DNA of 64,000 bases from Lingula anatina (Eukaryota; Animalia; Brachiopoda). Positions 1 through 11,874 of the stretch are shown here, piece by piece. The stretch lies in the NCBI GenBank assembly GCA_051362555.1, contig CM120642.1:19344001-19408000 (forward strand), given 5' to 3'. The notes under the pieces are model-generated. The model was given only the letters and a program-made list of their open reading frames with translations, had not been told where the DNA came from and did no database searches. Made by a program: the position numbers and the translations under genes. Each line of letters starts with the position of its first letter. Within the stretch, counting starts at the first letter, position 1.

Positions 1-19
1 AAAGCATGAGTTACATATA

Positions 20-190
20 TTCTGCACTGTCTCAACGATTTCACATGGGCGAAGGCCTTCATCAGACTGATGTGAGTAGATGCTGACACTCAGTGACTGC
101 TAGGTGGTATAGCGGCCGGGACCCTCTTACAAATGTCAGGTAGATCGACCCCCGTCCCTATTCAAGGGTGGCTGGTGACGGCTGAAGTTG
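20..190 (-). mobile_element. Penelope-like element 3' end (GIY-YIG C-terminus plus degenerate hammerhead core)
   Basis: The minus strand reads R-H-Q-P-P-L-N-R-D-G-G, a typical Penelope GIY-YIG C-terminal motif. It is followed by CTGATGAAGGCC...GAAA. A second copy lies at ~49005-49172. Confidence 0.65.
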
Positions 191-208
191 ATGTTGATGT
201 TGCAAAAG

Positions 209-590
209 AATTGTTAACATTTTATTTATATGAGCTAAACATACTAGAGACTTGACATTTTATATGAAATATTTCGGTTCCAAAGGTATGCCTAGATAAA
301 AATGCATTCTTTTTTTGCAGATCTCTTATCAGATATGCGAATGGAGAAGTGTGTAGTCATTGTGTCTGTTGCATTGTGTAATATGCAGTAATTTAATTGG
401 GTAGTGACCTTGGGCTGTCAAAAAAGTATCTATATGTCAACAACTACTGCCTAGCAGAATTTGAAATTTTGCACCTTAGCGGTCGATTTTACAGTGCGTA
501 AAATGAGTTAAGAAGTGTTTTACAAAATAAATATGTGGCGCGAAAAAGACAGACATTGCCAGACAGATTATTTTGCCAAACGGGTCGGTC
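209..590. repeat. Dispersed repeat, direct copy at ~54257-54675
   Basis: Near-colinear match starting AATTGTTAACATTTTATTTA.ATGAGCTAAACATACTA in both places. Confidence 0.8.
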
Positions 591-2077
591 AGCACAGTTT
601 TACAGAGTTATGCCCAGACTCTTGTATCTCGCAAGGAAGTGATCAATAATGGCTTTTGTCCAGCGACTGTAACATGCACAGAGATGCCATGGCTATGATT
701 GGTTGCTGAAATATTAAATCGAGGCACACTTCAGTTTAAACTCTAACTGCTGACCTTTTACTGGTAGAGGTTCTTTTACAAGATGTACTTGTAAATCATA
801 TATATATATGATTATGCATGCTTTTGTGTAAGTACAAGAGGAGAACAGCCATCGGCACTATTAAACTAACTACAACTGCAAAAAAGAGTTGAATGAAAGA
901 TGGAAGTCTAGATAGTGCAATTTGAAGATCCTCTGAAGGCCCTTCCCTGCAAAAGTGACACAAAAGTGGTAAGTACTTCATCTAACTTGAAACAACTTTC
1001 ATCCTCGGATGCACATAACGATAAAATATATTTACTTATTATTCATAATTGTAGATAAAACCGGACAACGATTTAAATGGGTTTATCACTTAATTTGTAG
1101 CCCAAACCGCCGTGAACAACATGGCGACTGCATCGCAAGACTTTTTGAGTCAAATATTAAACGTTTAATCAGCTGAAATACCGTAACATTTTATGATGGC
1201 AGTATAACGTCCACTCAAACTTCTGTTCTTATAGCTAGCAGGTTTTTAAATGAACGTTATAGATAATTAAAATATTTATAATTGTAATCTTTTTTTTTTT
1301 TTCAGTGAACGGTGGAGAGGTTGGGGTCTTGCTGGCAATCACTGAAGGGAGAAGGAAATTAAAGTAAGTATAAACACCTAACTTAAGCTTAAATACAAGT
1401 TAAAAATCCCTGGCACGAATTTGTATTTCATTTAATTTATTTTTGACTCACCAGTCATTGTTCACTTGAACCCATTCCCAGGCAAACTTTAAATTTATAT
1501 TTTCATGATTAAACAAGATAACTGTCTCGAGCAGAGATTCTTGCAGGTTATGGAAGTATGTTGATAAACATTACAAATACAATGGTGAAGTTTACAATTT
1601 ATGAAAAGGACACAAAGTAACAAAATGTCTGTTTTATCAAATGTGTTAATCTTTTGTGTCTCGATTAAATATGTTGATTTTAAATAATACCCCCTTTAAA
1701 TGTTTTAATAAAACATTTAGACAATACGGGCTGCAGAAATTTATCCACAACTGCTATTTGTAAACAGGTTATAGTATTATCATGAATCCCCTTAAAAATG
1801 TCAGTGTTAATTAAGACGCTTTTAAATATTTTGGGTACTATTAGAGATTAAGACTTTCCATCAAGTGCACTGGAACTGTGATATTGATTGTTTTATTTGA
1901 TTTATTAGGAGTCCAGTTGAAACCTCAGACTAGGACGTATGGATACTATATTCGTGAGGGGAGCACGACAGGTGTATTTTAGCTACGTTATCTAGCCAGC
2001 ACCCCAAAAAAGTATTTTTAACTCTTAATGTAAGTCATTGTTTTAAAAGGCGCTTTTAAATATCTTGGTTGCTATTA

Positions 2078-3649
2078 CCCGCATGAAAATGGAGTAGTAT
2101 CGAAGTAGCAAAAAAGCATTAATGCAGTAGTGGTGTGGAGCACATTTGCAGTAGAAATGCAGCAAAGCCTACTGAAATTCTACTCCAAAAAGTACATAGG
2201 TTTGTACAGAGAGGAGCATTAATGCAGTAGATTAGCAGCATGATAGAAGCATGTTTCAAATATGCTAATTAGCTCCCAAATCGAAGCAGATTTGACGCAT
2301 GTTTGCAGTATGATTGCAGTTGTCTTCTGCGCTGGAGTATCTACTGCGTTTTCTTGCTGGTAAAGTTAGAGATGTTCCAGCAAAACAATCAAGTGCACTG
2401 GAACTCGGATATTTATTTTTGTCTTTTTTGTTTTTTAGGACCCAAAACCAGATCACATCTTAGGACAAGCGGATTCAATATTTGTCAAGAGAAAACGATT
2501 TTTTGAGAAAACACTAAAATTTTGTATGGACAGTTTGTAATTAATAAACGATAAAACAAATTTCCATTCGTCTTTTTTTTTATGTACAGACCGTTTGAAT
2601 AAAATGAAGCTATCTGCTGATTATTAATTTAATAGTGTGTGTTGAATTTATTATATACAGCCTGTATGAAACGTTCCCTTTGCATATTCCTTTTTATATA
2701 CCTCAAAACTTCCCTTGATGAGAAATGCAGAAGCAATATTCCCCTTTTTCTAATACACCTCAAAACTACGTCCGTGGAGTATTGTTGCAGTAGAGCATTT
2801 TCTTATATACTCCAAAACCACCTCCGTGGAGCAGTACGCGAGCATTGCTTTTTTTCATATATACTCCAAATCTACCTCCACGAAGCAGTACGCGAGCATT
2901 GTTTTTTTTTTTTCATATATACTCCAAATCTACCTCCGTGGAGCAGTTCGCGAGCATTGCTTTTTTCATATATACTCCAAATCTACCTCCGTGGAGCAGT
3001 ACGCGAGCATTGCTTCTTTCTTATATACTTCAAATCTACCTCCATGGAGCAGTACGCGAGCATTGCTTCTTTCGTATATACTTCAAATCTACCTTCACGA
3101 AGCAGTACGCGAGCATTGCTTTTTTCATATATACTCCAAGTCTACCTCCGTGGAGCAGTACGCGAGCATTGCTTTTTTCATATATACTCCAAGTCTACCT
3201 CCACGGAGCAGTACGCGAGCATTGCTTCTTTCTTATATACTCCAAATCTACCTCCGCGGAGCAGTACGCGAGAATTGCTTCTTTCTTATATACTTCAAAT
3301 CTCCCTCCACGGAGCAGTACACGAGCATTGCTTTTTTCATATATACTCCAAATCTACCTCTGTGGAGTATCTTTGAATGATTCGATGCGCGCCAGTGCAG
3401 TGCAGCATAAGCATAGTGCTTTTTCTCTACTTCACTGGAATAGATTTGGAAGCTAAATAGCACATCTGAAACATGCTTCTATTATGCTGCTAATCTACTG
3501 CATTAATGCTCCTCACTATACAAACCTATGTACTTTTTGGAGTAGAATTGCAGTAGGCTATACTGCATTTCTACTGCAAATATGCTCCACACCACTACTG
3601 CACTAATATGCTTCTTTGCTACCTCGATACTACTGCATTTTCGTGCGGG
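2078..3649. mobile_element. Non-autonomous TIR DNA transposon, CCC..GGG termini (EnSpm/CMC-like)
   Basis: ~200-bp imperfect TIRs (CCCGCATGAAAA... / ...TTTTCGTGCGGG) with an internal tandem array and no credible ORF. The TSD is not clean (TTA / ATA). Confidence 0.7.
2805..3370. repeat. 53-bp tandem minisatellite, ~11 copies
   Basis: Unit TATACTCCAAATCTACCTCCGTGGAGCAGTACGCGAGCATTGCTTTTTTCATA. The GCAGT core recurs at 2943, 2996, 3049, 3102, 3155, 3208, 3261 and 3314. Confidence 0.95.
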
Positions 3650-4710
3650 ATAATGCAGAGCGTCTCTTAACCCGCATAACCGGGGAATACATTACACATA
3701 CTTGATCTGAAATCTTATTTTTTATACATGCAGTCTTATTGATAAGCGCCGCTAATATATACTCGTAACATGATATCACTTGATCAATTATCATATATTG
3801 ATGTCATGTACGCCAAATTAAAATCCCATGGCAACCTCAGTCTACAAATTCAAGGTCGTAAAAACACTTGAAAGTCAGTTAGACTTCTGGCAAATTTAAG
3901 AAAAAAACTTTTTTTATTTTTGACATTTAAAATTTGATTGACTGAATATTAAATTTATTTATAACTTGATACTATTTATCGTTTATCTCAATGTTTAACT
4001 ACAGACTTAACATTTAATGTGGAATATTTATCTCCAAATCATTTTTCGTCAGTTTTTTTTTCTTATTTTGCTGACTGATAAATGACGATAAGGATTAAAA
4101 TCGTGTTTTAATAACTTTTAATTATCTCCTTGATGGCATTGTGACATCATTTCATTAATTGAATTCGCCGCTGAAGCAAACAAAAATACATTGCTTATTC
4201 TAAGTCATTAGACAACCATTAAAAGCGATATTTGGATCTCCGTATTCGCTTAATTAACGTCTGTAAAAGAGCTTTTAGCCTAGGTCCCAACTACGTTTTG
4301 GACGCACGGTTTTTTAGGTTCCTTGCGTCCGGCTAGGACGTAGCTAGATCGCAGGGAAGGGATCAAGTAATTGGTGATTGCAAGGAGTGCGCAAGGAGAA
4401 AGTGCGTGAAAAGTACGTGAGAAGTACAGCCTCCGCACGGCAGAATTACCTGCTGCGCCCGACGGGCTTTCGCACGTGTTCCACGCGCTCCGTGCATGCA
4501 AAGTACAAGCATCGTGCACCTTGTTCGTTATACGTACTAAGAGTACGGGTAACGCAAGGGCAACGCATGTGGACGTAAGGCAGCCTTGCTGACTTCGTAC
4601 GCTTGTTGCTCGTCCTCCTTACGCGAGTCGTGCGTGTTGAGATGTTTCTGAGAGGGTATAAAAACAGTGCATGTTTGAGGAGACCATTATATCAGCAGCG
4701 GGGTTCAAAG

Positions 4711-7203
4711 ATGGTAAGCCCAATCCCACCGCAGAGACTGCTGGCGTTTTATCACCAGGCCTGGCTTCAGGCTGCTGAACACGAGCATGACCTAGTTTTG
4801 ATGGCCTTAATCAGAGAGCGAGAGAAACAGATACATCCAAGAGCTAGGCGATTCTGGGTAAGACCTTGGATAGAGAGGAGAAGACTCTTTGGACAGTACT
4901 ATACGTTTTTCATAGAGCTTGAGAGGGAATCACAGGGTGACTTAATGAAATACTTACGGGTCGACAAAAACATGTTCGCTGAACTACTCCTACGAGTCAT
5001 GCCGAGGATCACCAAGAGCCAAAGGTGTGAATGGACACATTACCAACTTTCACTACATAATGATGAAATAACGGCACGTTAAATACATATATAAAGATAT
5101 TAAATACCAATGTAACATAACAATGGTTTCATCATTTTCCTCATTTAATGTTTTAGAAGCCGTAGACCATTGGAACCAGGATTGAAATTTGCCAATACCT
5201 TGCGGTTCCTGGCAACAGGAGCAAGCTACCGCTGTCTGGCGTTCAGCTTCAGGGTGGCTCATAACACCATATCCAAGTTCATACTAGAGGTTTGCACAGC
5301 AACATATGAGGAGTACAAGGCCGACCTCTTTACAGTGCCCTCAACTGCAGACGGCTGGAAGGATGTAGCACGGAAATTCAGTTCTCGCTGGAACTTTCAT
5401 CACACGTGCGGAGCAATTGATGGGAAGCATGTCACAATCAAGAAACCAGTGGTTTTCTGTACTTCAACTCCAAGGGTTTTTTCTCAATTGTCCTACTGGC
5501 CAAAGTTGATGCTGAGTACATCAACTTCGTTTGGTGTATGGTTGGTGCCACTGGCTCCTCATCTGATGCCGGTGTGTTCAAGGCCAGAAATGCACAGCAT
5601 TAACGCAATACGCGAGGGCGCAACAGTTGGGCTTCACGTGACTCAACTAGCCAATCACAGCACAAAAATGGCATGGCACACAGACTCTGTGATAAGTGCT
5701 CGAGGAGCCAAAATTGACTTCTTGGACTGATAGTAGGGTGCCGAGGTGAAAATACTGAAAAGCTCATAACACATATTAGAATTTCTAGATATATTGGTTT
5801 ATCATCATAGAATTTAACCTTGAAACTTGGCCTACTACCACATTCAATATCAGGGTTGTCAGCCAAATAGGATTTGATGGCAAAAATAAGCTCAGATTCA
5901 ACATCTATCTCAGCCCCATCATGTGGTCCTGGAGTACTTTGCACATGACAAATCACATTCATCTCTTTACGCGTTTGTTTTATTTGCTTTTGGGCAGCCC
6001 ATTGTCAAGTAGTGTTAGTACATGGTAACAGGCATCTGACATGTGCAGAGGAGTTTATTGTAATATATATTGTTCTTATTGTTACATTATTAAATCTAAC
6101 TCTGTATCCAAGTAGTAATTATACTGTACCAAGTCGCGTACTGATGGTGTGCAGAGGTCATATATTCCAGAATAAGCCCTTACCACTAATTTATAAATTT
6201 TATTTTTGTTTAATATGTTACTCATGAAAGAGTTCATGAAAGATTAGTTTGGGTCGTTAAATCGTGATCTTATTCTTTTTATATTCAAATAAATGAATAA
6301 TTTGGGTAAAATTGGTCTTCCACTTCTTATTTGCATTTTTCCTTTACTACAAGATTATTTTGGAACAGTTGCAGCATTAAAAATTAAACATGAATAGCAA
6401 TCTGAAAGACGAATTTTGCATAATTACTAAATGATGATAGGAAGTTTGGATTAAGAGATTAGTTAAATAGTGATATTGTCAGTCAATTTATGTAAAATCT
6501 GATAATATGATTGAAAATACTGATTGAATTCTTGGCCTTGCACTGGACAGTTTTACATTTGTGCCAAGTGCTATTTTGGACTCTATTGCAGTGGTAAAAG
6601 TTCTTCAATTGCCATGAAAGTTTTTAATCAGACTGTATGGTGCAGCCATTTGCTGGTGCTATCGGCAATGAATTAGTTTGCCTTTGTTTCTAAGTGAATC
6701 TACCGTTTAAAATCACTATTTCTGACAATATTTGCGTTTTGCTGAGAGTAGACTAAGCAATGCACGGCAATCTTCTTAGTACGTGTGTACAACAGATTTT
6801 TTTAAACCCTAGCGATATTTGGTCAGGAGTTGCTTGAAGCATAGCACAGCGTTGCTGTCTATCGGCATCAGGCCGTTAGTTTGTCAATTATCCGCCATGA
6901 GCCCACGAATCGCGAACCCATTCATTTTCCTATGGCAATCTAGCAACTCATTAGAAATGCACGCATGCGCAGTGGGCTAGGCGTGACGTCATGCAGTGCA
7001 TTTCTGGGGATGTAACATTTCTACAATTAGACGTGCTCTGGAGACGAACAGGATAGGATTCCCTGACCCAGAACCTCTTCCAGGAGATGACAGGGACTTA
7101 CCATACTTTCTGGTTGTAGACGACGCATTTCCTCTGCGCACATGGATGATGAAGCCCTACAGCAGACGAGGGATGTCTCCCAAGGAACGTGTCTTCAATT
7201 ACG
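4711..7203 (+). pseudogene. Harbinger (DDE_Tnp_4/HARBI1-like) transposase pseudogene
   Basis: Motifs RFWVRPWI, TLRFLATGASY, WNFHHTCGAIDGKHV, YFLVVDDAFPL and ERVFNY. Probable intron at ~5024-5156, frameshift near 5450, nested insertion at 5579-7012, and 3' truncation. Confidence 0.85.
5579..7012 (-). mobile_element. Nested unclassified TIR element inside the Harbinger transposase
   Basis: Ends CAAGGCCAGAAATGCAC / GTGCATTTCTGGGGATG. Removing it restores the frame GGT GTG TTT AAC ATT (G-V-F-N-I). It carries a transposase-like fragment at 5730-5962 (minus). Confidence 0.7.
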
Positions 7204-9098
7204 AACGAAACTTATATTGTGCACTGCAGTGTAATGATTGTGTTGAAATTATCTCATAAATGTGCTCGTTGTATGTTTTGATGTTTAATGTAACAATAAA
7301 ATTTACTAAGATATGCATTGTGCCTCCTTTTTTCCACCTTAATTAGAAAAGCAATGGAGAGAAAGAGTCGCATTAAAGTTAGATTACAACCGTAAAAATA
7401 ATACATTTTAAAAAAGGGAAATATCCCAGTAAACACAAAATGTTATTAAAACACCATAAAAATATTTTGACGTCATGCATAAGGTTTAAATACTTTTTAC
7501 ATATATTATGATCGTTGGCCATTTATTTATTAATATGTTTAAAACATTTAAAACCGAACATCGTAAGATTATTGCGTTTTCTACTTTCCTAGATCTCTTG
7601 GGGAGTTCACTTTAAAATAAATTCAAATTTAAGAATATTTATAAAGAAAAACATTGTAAAATTTAGTTAATATTTCTCTTACCATTTAGACAAAATAAAC
7701 TTCCTAAAGTGAAATGCTTTAAAAATTAATAATTCATTAAGTAATATACTAGCTTTTATTTTTCAAAACCAAACATAAAGCTTGAAACAGATATTTCAAA
7801 TACAAAAAATCAGTCCTCATTAGATGGTTCGATGGTCCTCCCACGGGTTCAGAAGAGGCAGAGATGGATGTTGTTGGTATTATGGTTATTTACGCCCTTT
7901 TGCTCTTTGTTGACTTTTTATGTACAGACCAAAAATAGCCGGACGCAAGGATCCATAAAAAACCGTGCGTCCAAAACGTAGTTGTGACCTAGGCTTAACT
8001 TTTCGACATGATCAACAGCCGCTACGTGCGATCTAGCTACGTCCTAGCCGGACGCAAGGAACCTAAAAACCGTGCGTCCAAAACGCAGTTGGGACCTAGG
8101 CTTTAGCAGCCCGCACGTCCGGTTGCGACCTAGGTTAAAAGACCCTCATGTCAGTGTTTAGTCACAGCCTTGGTCGCTGTTACGCTTGATCTCATCTGGC
8201 TGTTATCAGGGCTCTCAAGCGTTAAGGCATATATTCCTTGGGATAGGTTTTCAAAAGGTGTTCAGTTTGGTTCAGTTTTATTGTAGGACATTTAAGCCGT
8301 TGGTTACCAGACTATGTCTTTATTTGATCTGGTTCAGGATCTCATCGATGACTACCATTGGTGTTTGGCACCAATGTGGTAATCTACTCCAAATACTGAC
8401 TCTTTGTGCTTCATAGAAGGAGGTACCCCTGTATTAAGATGCAACCGTATATCTTTTTCTCTTGTCTGTTGGCTGTCTGTATTTTACATTAGGCCTAGGG
8501 TCAAAAGGGACTTATGTGGTCCATATTCATTATTCTGAGTGATTCATTTTTATCATTCTTATTCTTCTTGATGACTGACAACATGCACTCACTGTGTGAT
8601 AATATGTGGGCAAAGGGATAATATAACAACTACATGTACTTTGATACATTTGTAGCAAAGATGGGGACTGGGAAACACGATCAATAATATAAGGGGGGGT
8701 ATAAAAAATAAAACCACTATCTATAGAACTGACTCTACGGCTACGACGAAAAAACTTAGTTTTATTAACCTAACAGGTGTTACTTTAGAAGGACACAGGG
8801 ATATTTGAAACATTTTACACGCCACACAATAATAGCGCGTAATAAAGGGTACCGGAGGAGACTAGAATTGTGTAGAATTGTGCCGGAAGTGTGATGTCAT
8901 GTGACGTCAAGTGGTGTAAGACGCGAAGCTGAGTGGTCATTTTAGTTGGAGGCGAACGGGAGTAAAGACGTGGCCTCGGAGAAAAAAAGCAGTTTTCCCA
9001 ACAACATGGTAAGATAACTTTCTTCTTTACGCATTTTGGACAGACAATACTTGTAGAAATACTAGGTGCATGATATGAAAACGTGTCACGGAACTTAA

Positions 9099-10093
9099 AG
9101 GACAACTCAGTGGGTTAGATTAATGTATAGAAGCAGGTTCTATGTAAAATTTTGATCAGATTTGTGTTTTGGGAGATTGTTTATTATTATATGAATAAGT
9201 CTGGGTCACAAAAGTCCTGTTAAGACAACTAGAATAAAGAATTAGAAAACGAAAACTATTTATCATGATTTCGGAGCACAGCCAGAAGTACTTCCGGCTC
9301 AAGGTCACGACCTCGATTTTCCCACGCTTAATTATTATTACGACCAATCACAGCAGGCTTCAGTCAGCATGAGATAGACGTCACGACTACACAGCGAAAC
9401 TTGTCAGACATGTAAGTGCCGCCTGTCCATCTTTTCGGTACATGTACCGATCAAAAACAGAAAACGTAAAGCCCAAAACGCTCTTATACACGTAACCAAC
9501 TTTGTATGAGCACAAATATTGTCATTTATTGTGAACAGGATAATATGATAATCAGACACACTTGAGACCTGTGAAGCGCTTACTCACGTGTCGTGGAGTA
9601 GTTTCGCCATTGCCTCGTATGTGAGTCCTAACTCAGCTTTAAGTGTCCTCCACCGCCCCACCTCCCTCCCAACATACACAGTCTGAGTGCTTCTTCGTCT
9701 GTCTCTAATTTTCTTTCGTATCTTTCGAACTGGAGTGGCTATTTTCTTTCGCCCCCTTTTGTCGCTCTCCTGTTCAGACTTGACGCGCGTCTGAGCCATG
9801 TTTGCTGTTTTGGCGCCAAATAGTAACATCCGGGTCTCAGCCGTAGTACTTCATTCATAGTAAACCGCGAGACTTAGCGAGAAATTGCGCGTTCTGAAGC
9901 CGTACTGTGAGGTGGTAGCTGAGTATTTAAGACGAGTCGTCTTTTATTATTTAATGGAACTTAAAAACGGTATTAGGTAGCTTCATTTTCTGAACGGTTT
10001 TGGATAGGATATACCTTGGTCATTATGGGGAAATTGGTGAGTTTTCCAGGAAAATTAATTTTCGTGCTATTTTAAGGGTTTAACGCGCTGTCT
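9099..10093 (-). mobile_element. Kolobok-like non-autonomous element
   Basis: TTAA at 9095-9098 and 10094-10097, with AGGACA..TGTCT ends. The paralogous empty site at ~11395-11405 has a single TTAA. Confidence 0.8.
9584..9799 (-). pseudogene. First exon of a Kolobok accessory-type protein
   Basis: KKIRDRRRSTQTVYVGREVGRWRTLKAELGLTYEAMAKLLHDT resembles the R-V-x-I-G..RW..LK...G......A.FLLD motif I recall from Kolobok-associated ORFs. It ends at a GTGAGT donor. Confidence 0.5.
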
Positions 10094-10299
10094 TTAAAGG
10101 TGAAAAATCATGCTTAATTTCCAGTCAATTTGTTTTGAAATGTATGCTGCATCGACCGCCAGCGCAACAGCGTTCTAATAGCCTCTTATCTGAACTTAAA
10201 ATATACTTCATATCGAAGTAAAAATTCAGCAGCTTGCTTTAATAACCATTGGTTTGCTTCTTTTCTACTGCTCTGAGTCTGTCGATTTCACGGCATCTC

Positions 10300-11867
10300 A
10301 CGAAATCTACTGCAAAACATAACTAAAATGATCAGCACGTTTTCGCCTACTTCATATCTGCTACGTGAACTTAGTCATTTGTCGGGGAATAGGATGCTAC
10401 TGCAAATCTACTGCAAAAACATTGCTAAAATGATCAGCGCGTTTTCGTCTACTTCACTTCTACAACTCGGACATCTTTATTTTGTTGGCAAATAGGTCAT
10501 TACTTTAGATCTACTGCAAAAACATTGCTAAAATGATCAGCGCGTTTCGGTCTACTCCACTGCTACTACATGTACATGAACTTAGTCATTTTGTTGGGGA
10601 ATAGGTAACTACTGCAAATCTGCTGCAAAAACATTGCCATAATGATCACCGTGTTTCCATCTACTTCACTTCTAGTAGTCTACTACGTGAACTTAGTCAT
10701 TTTTTGGGCGGGCGGGTTACTACTTCCACTATTTACAAATGCTCGCCAAAAGATTTTATCAAGAAATGAACATCGGTTCATAATACTATTTACGAAGCAC
10801 ATATACTTCTAACAAGGATATAGAATCAAAACAAAATTTTCTCGATTATGTAATCAGCCCTCTCCTTACACATTATTGTTGAGTCTTATTTTAACACGTG
10901 CTTCCTGGTATTGCATAAGTATATTTTATGCCTTGTGCAAAAATACAGACTGTCAACACAGAAAAGAAATACGAATCCCGGGTTGCATATTTATACCTTA
11001 ATCTATTAATGCAAAATTATTCTCACGCACGATCAAAGTGTTACTCCAAAGACGTGTAGATTTTATTTTGATATGAACCCCTGTATCTGAACGGCTAGGA
11101 AGTTAAACGGGCCGGTGAAAGCAAGATTTATGACACCTTAGCTATGTACAGTGTAATTAGCTCACCAATAAAGGGTACCGGACGAGACAGATTGTGCCGG
11201 AAGTGACATGTAGTGGTGTTAGACGTAACGCTGAGTGGTCATTTTTAGTTGGAGGTGAATGGGAATGAAGACGTGGGCTTACAGAAAAAAACAGTTATTC
11301 TAATAACACGGTAAGATAACATTTTATCTTTATGCATTTGGGGCAGAGAATACTTGTAGAAATAATAGAAGCATGATATGAAAACGTGTCACGGAACTTA
11401 AAAGTGAATATTCGTGCTTAATTTCAGTCAATTTGTTTTGAAATATATGCTACATGTACATCGCCCGCCAGCACGACAAAGAGCGTCGAGGGAAAAGAAT
11501 TCCAGGGAGGCTATTAATCGTTGCCATGTGGAATTTTTGCATGTATGCAATCTATTATGCCCATATCTAAGTATTATTGCGTATTTTATGGTATGTACTC
11601 CAATTATAAGGATGTATTAGAGTCTTTGAAGGACCTTGTGAAAACCAGCTACTTCGAAACTGCTGCACGCAGAGTATAAATGCGGTATTGCACTACTGCG
11701 GTGAAGCATTATGCTTCCTTTCTACTGTGATTTTGTGAAGCATGGTTGCAGTAGAATGGGGAGTATATACTTCACCCATACCTCAAATCGAAGCAGATTT
11801 GAGGCATACTTGCAGTGTGATTGCAGTAGTCTACTGCGCTGGAGTATCTACTGCGTTTTTGTGCGGG
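10300..11867. mobile_element. Fragmented relative of the 2078-3649 CCC..GGG family
   Basis: Diverged ATCTACTGCAAAAACATTGCTAAAATGATCAGC repeats at 10300-10700. Segment 11785-11860 matches 2278-2352. Terminus TTTTTGTGCGGG at 11867. Confidence 0.55.
11169..11480. repeat. Direct copy of 8843-9098 + 10094-10170 (empty site for the Kolobok insertion)
   Basis: AAAGGGTACCGGA...AAACGTGTCACGGAACTTAA..GTGAA...GCTTAATTT is colinear in both copies. Confidence 0.85.
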
Positions 11868-11874
11868 TACCGTG

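Larger units (their letters stand above)
4277..8102 (+). mobile_element. PIF/Harbinger DNA transposon (decayed)
   Basis: ~75-bp TIRs AGCCTAGGTCCCAACTACGTTTTGGACGCACGG / CCGTGCGTCCAAAACGCAGTTGGGACCTAGGCT, T-rich/TTA flanks, and internal DDE_Tnp_4-type transposase fragments. Confidence 0.9.

Noticed and set aside
2805-3370. CRISPR-like array and the three overlapping ORFs at 2639-3456
   Set aside because: The units are contiguous 53-bp tandem copies with no unique spacers, there are no cas genes, and the context is eukaryotic. The ORFs are by-products of a stop-poor repeat.
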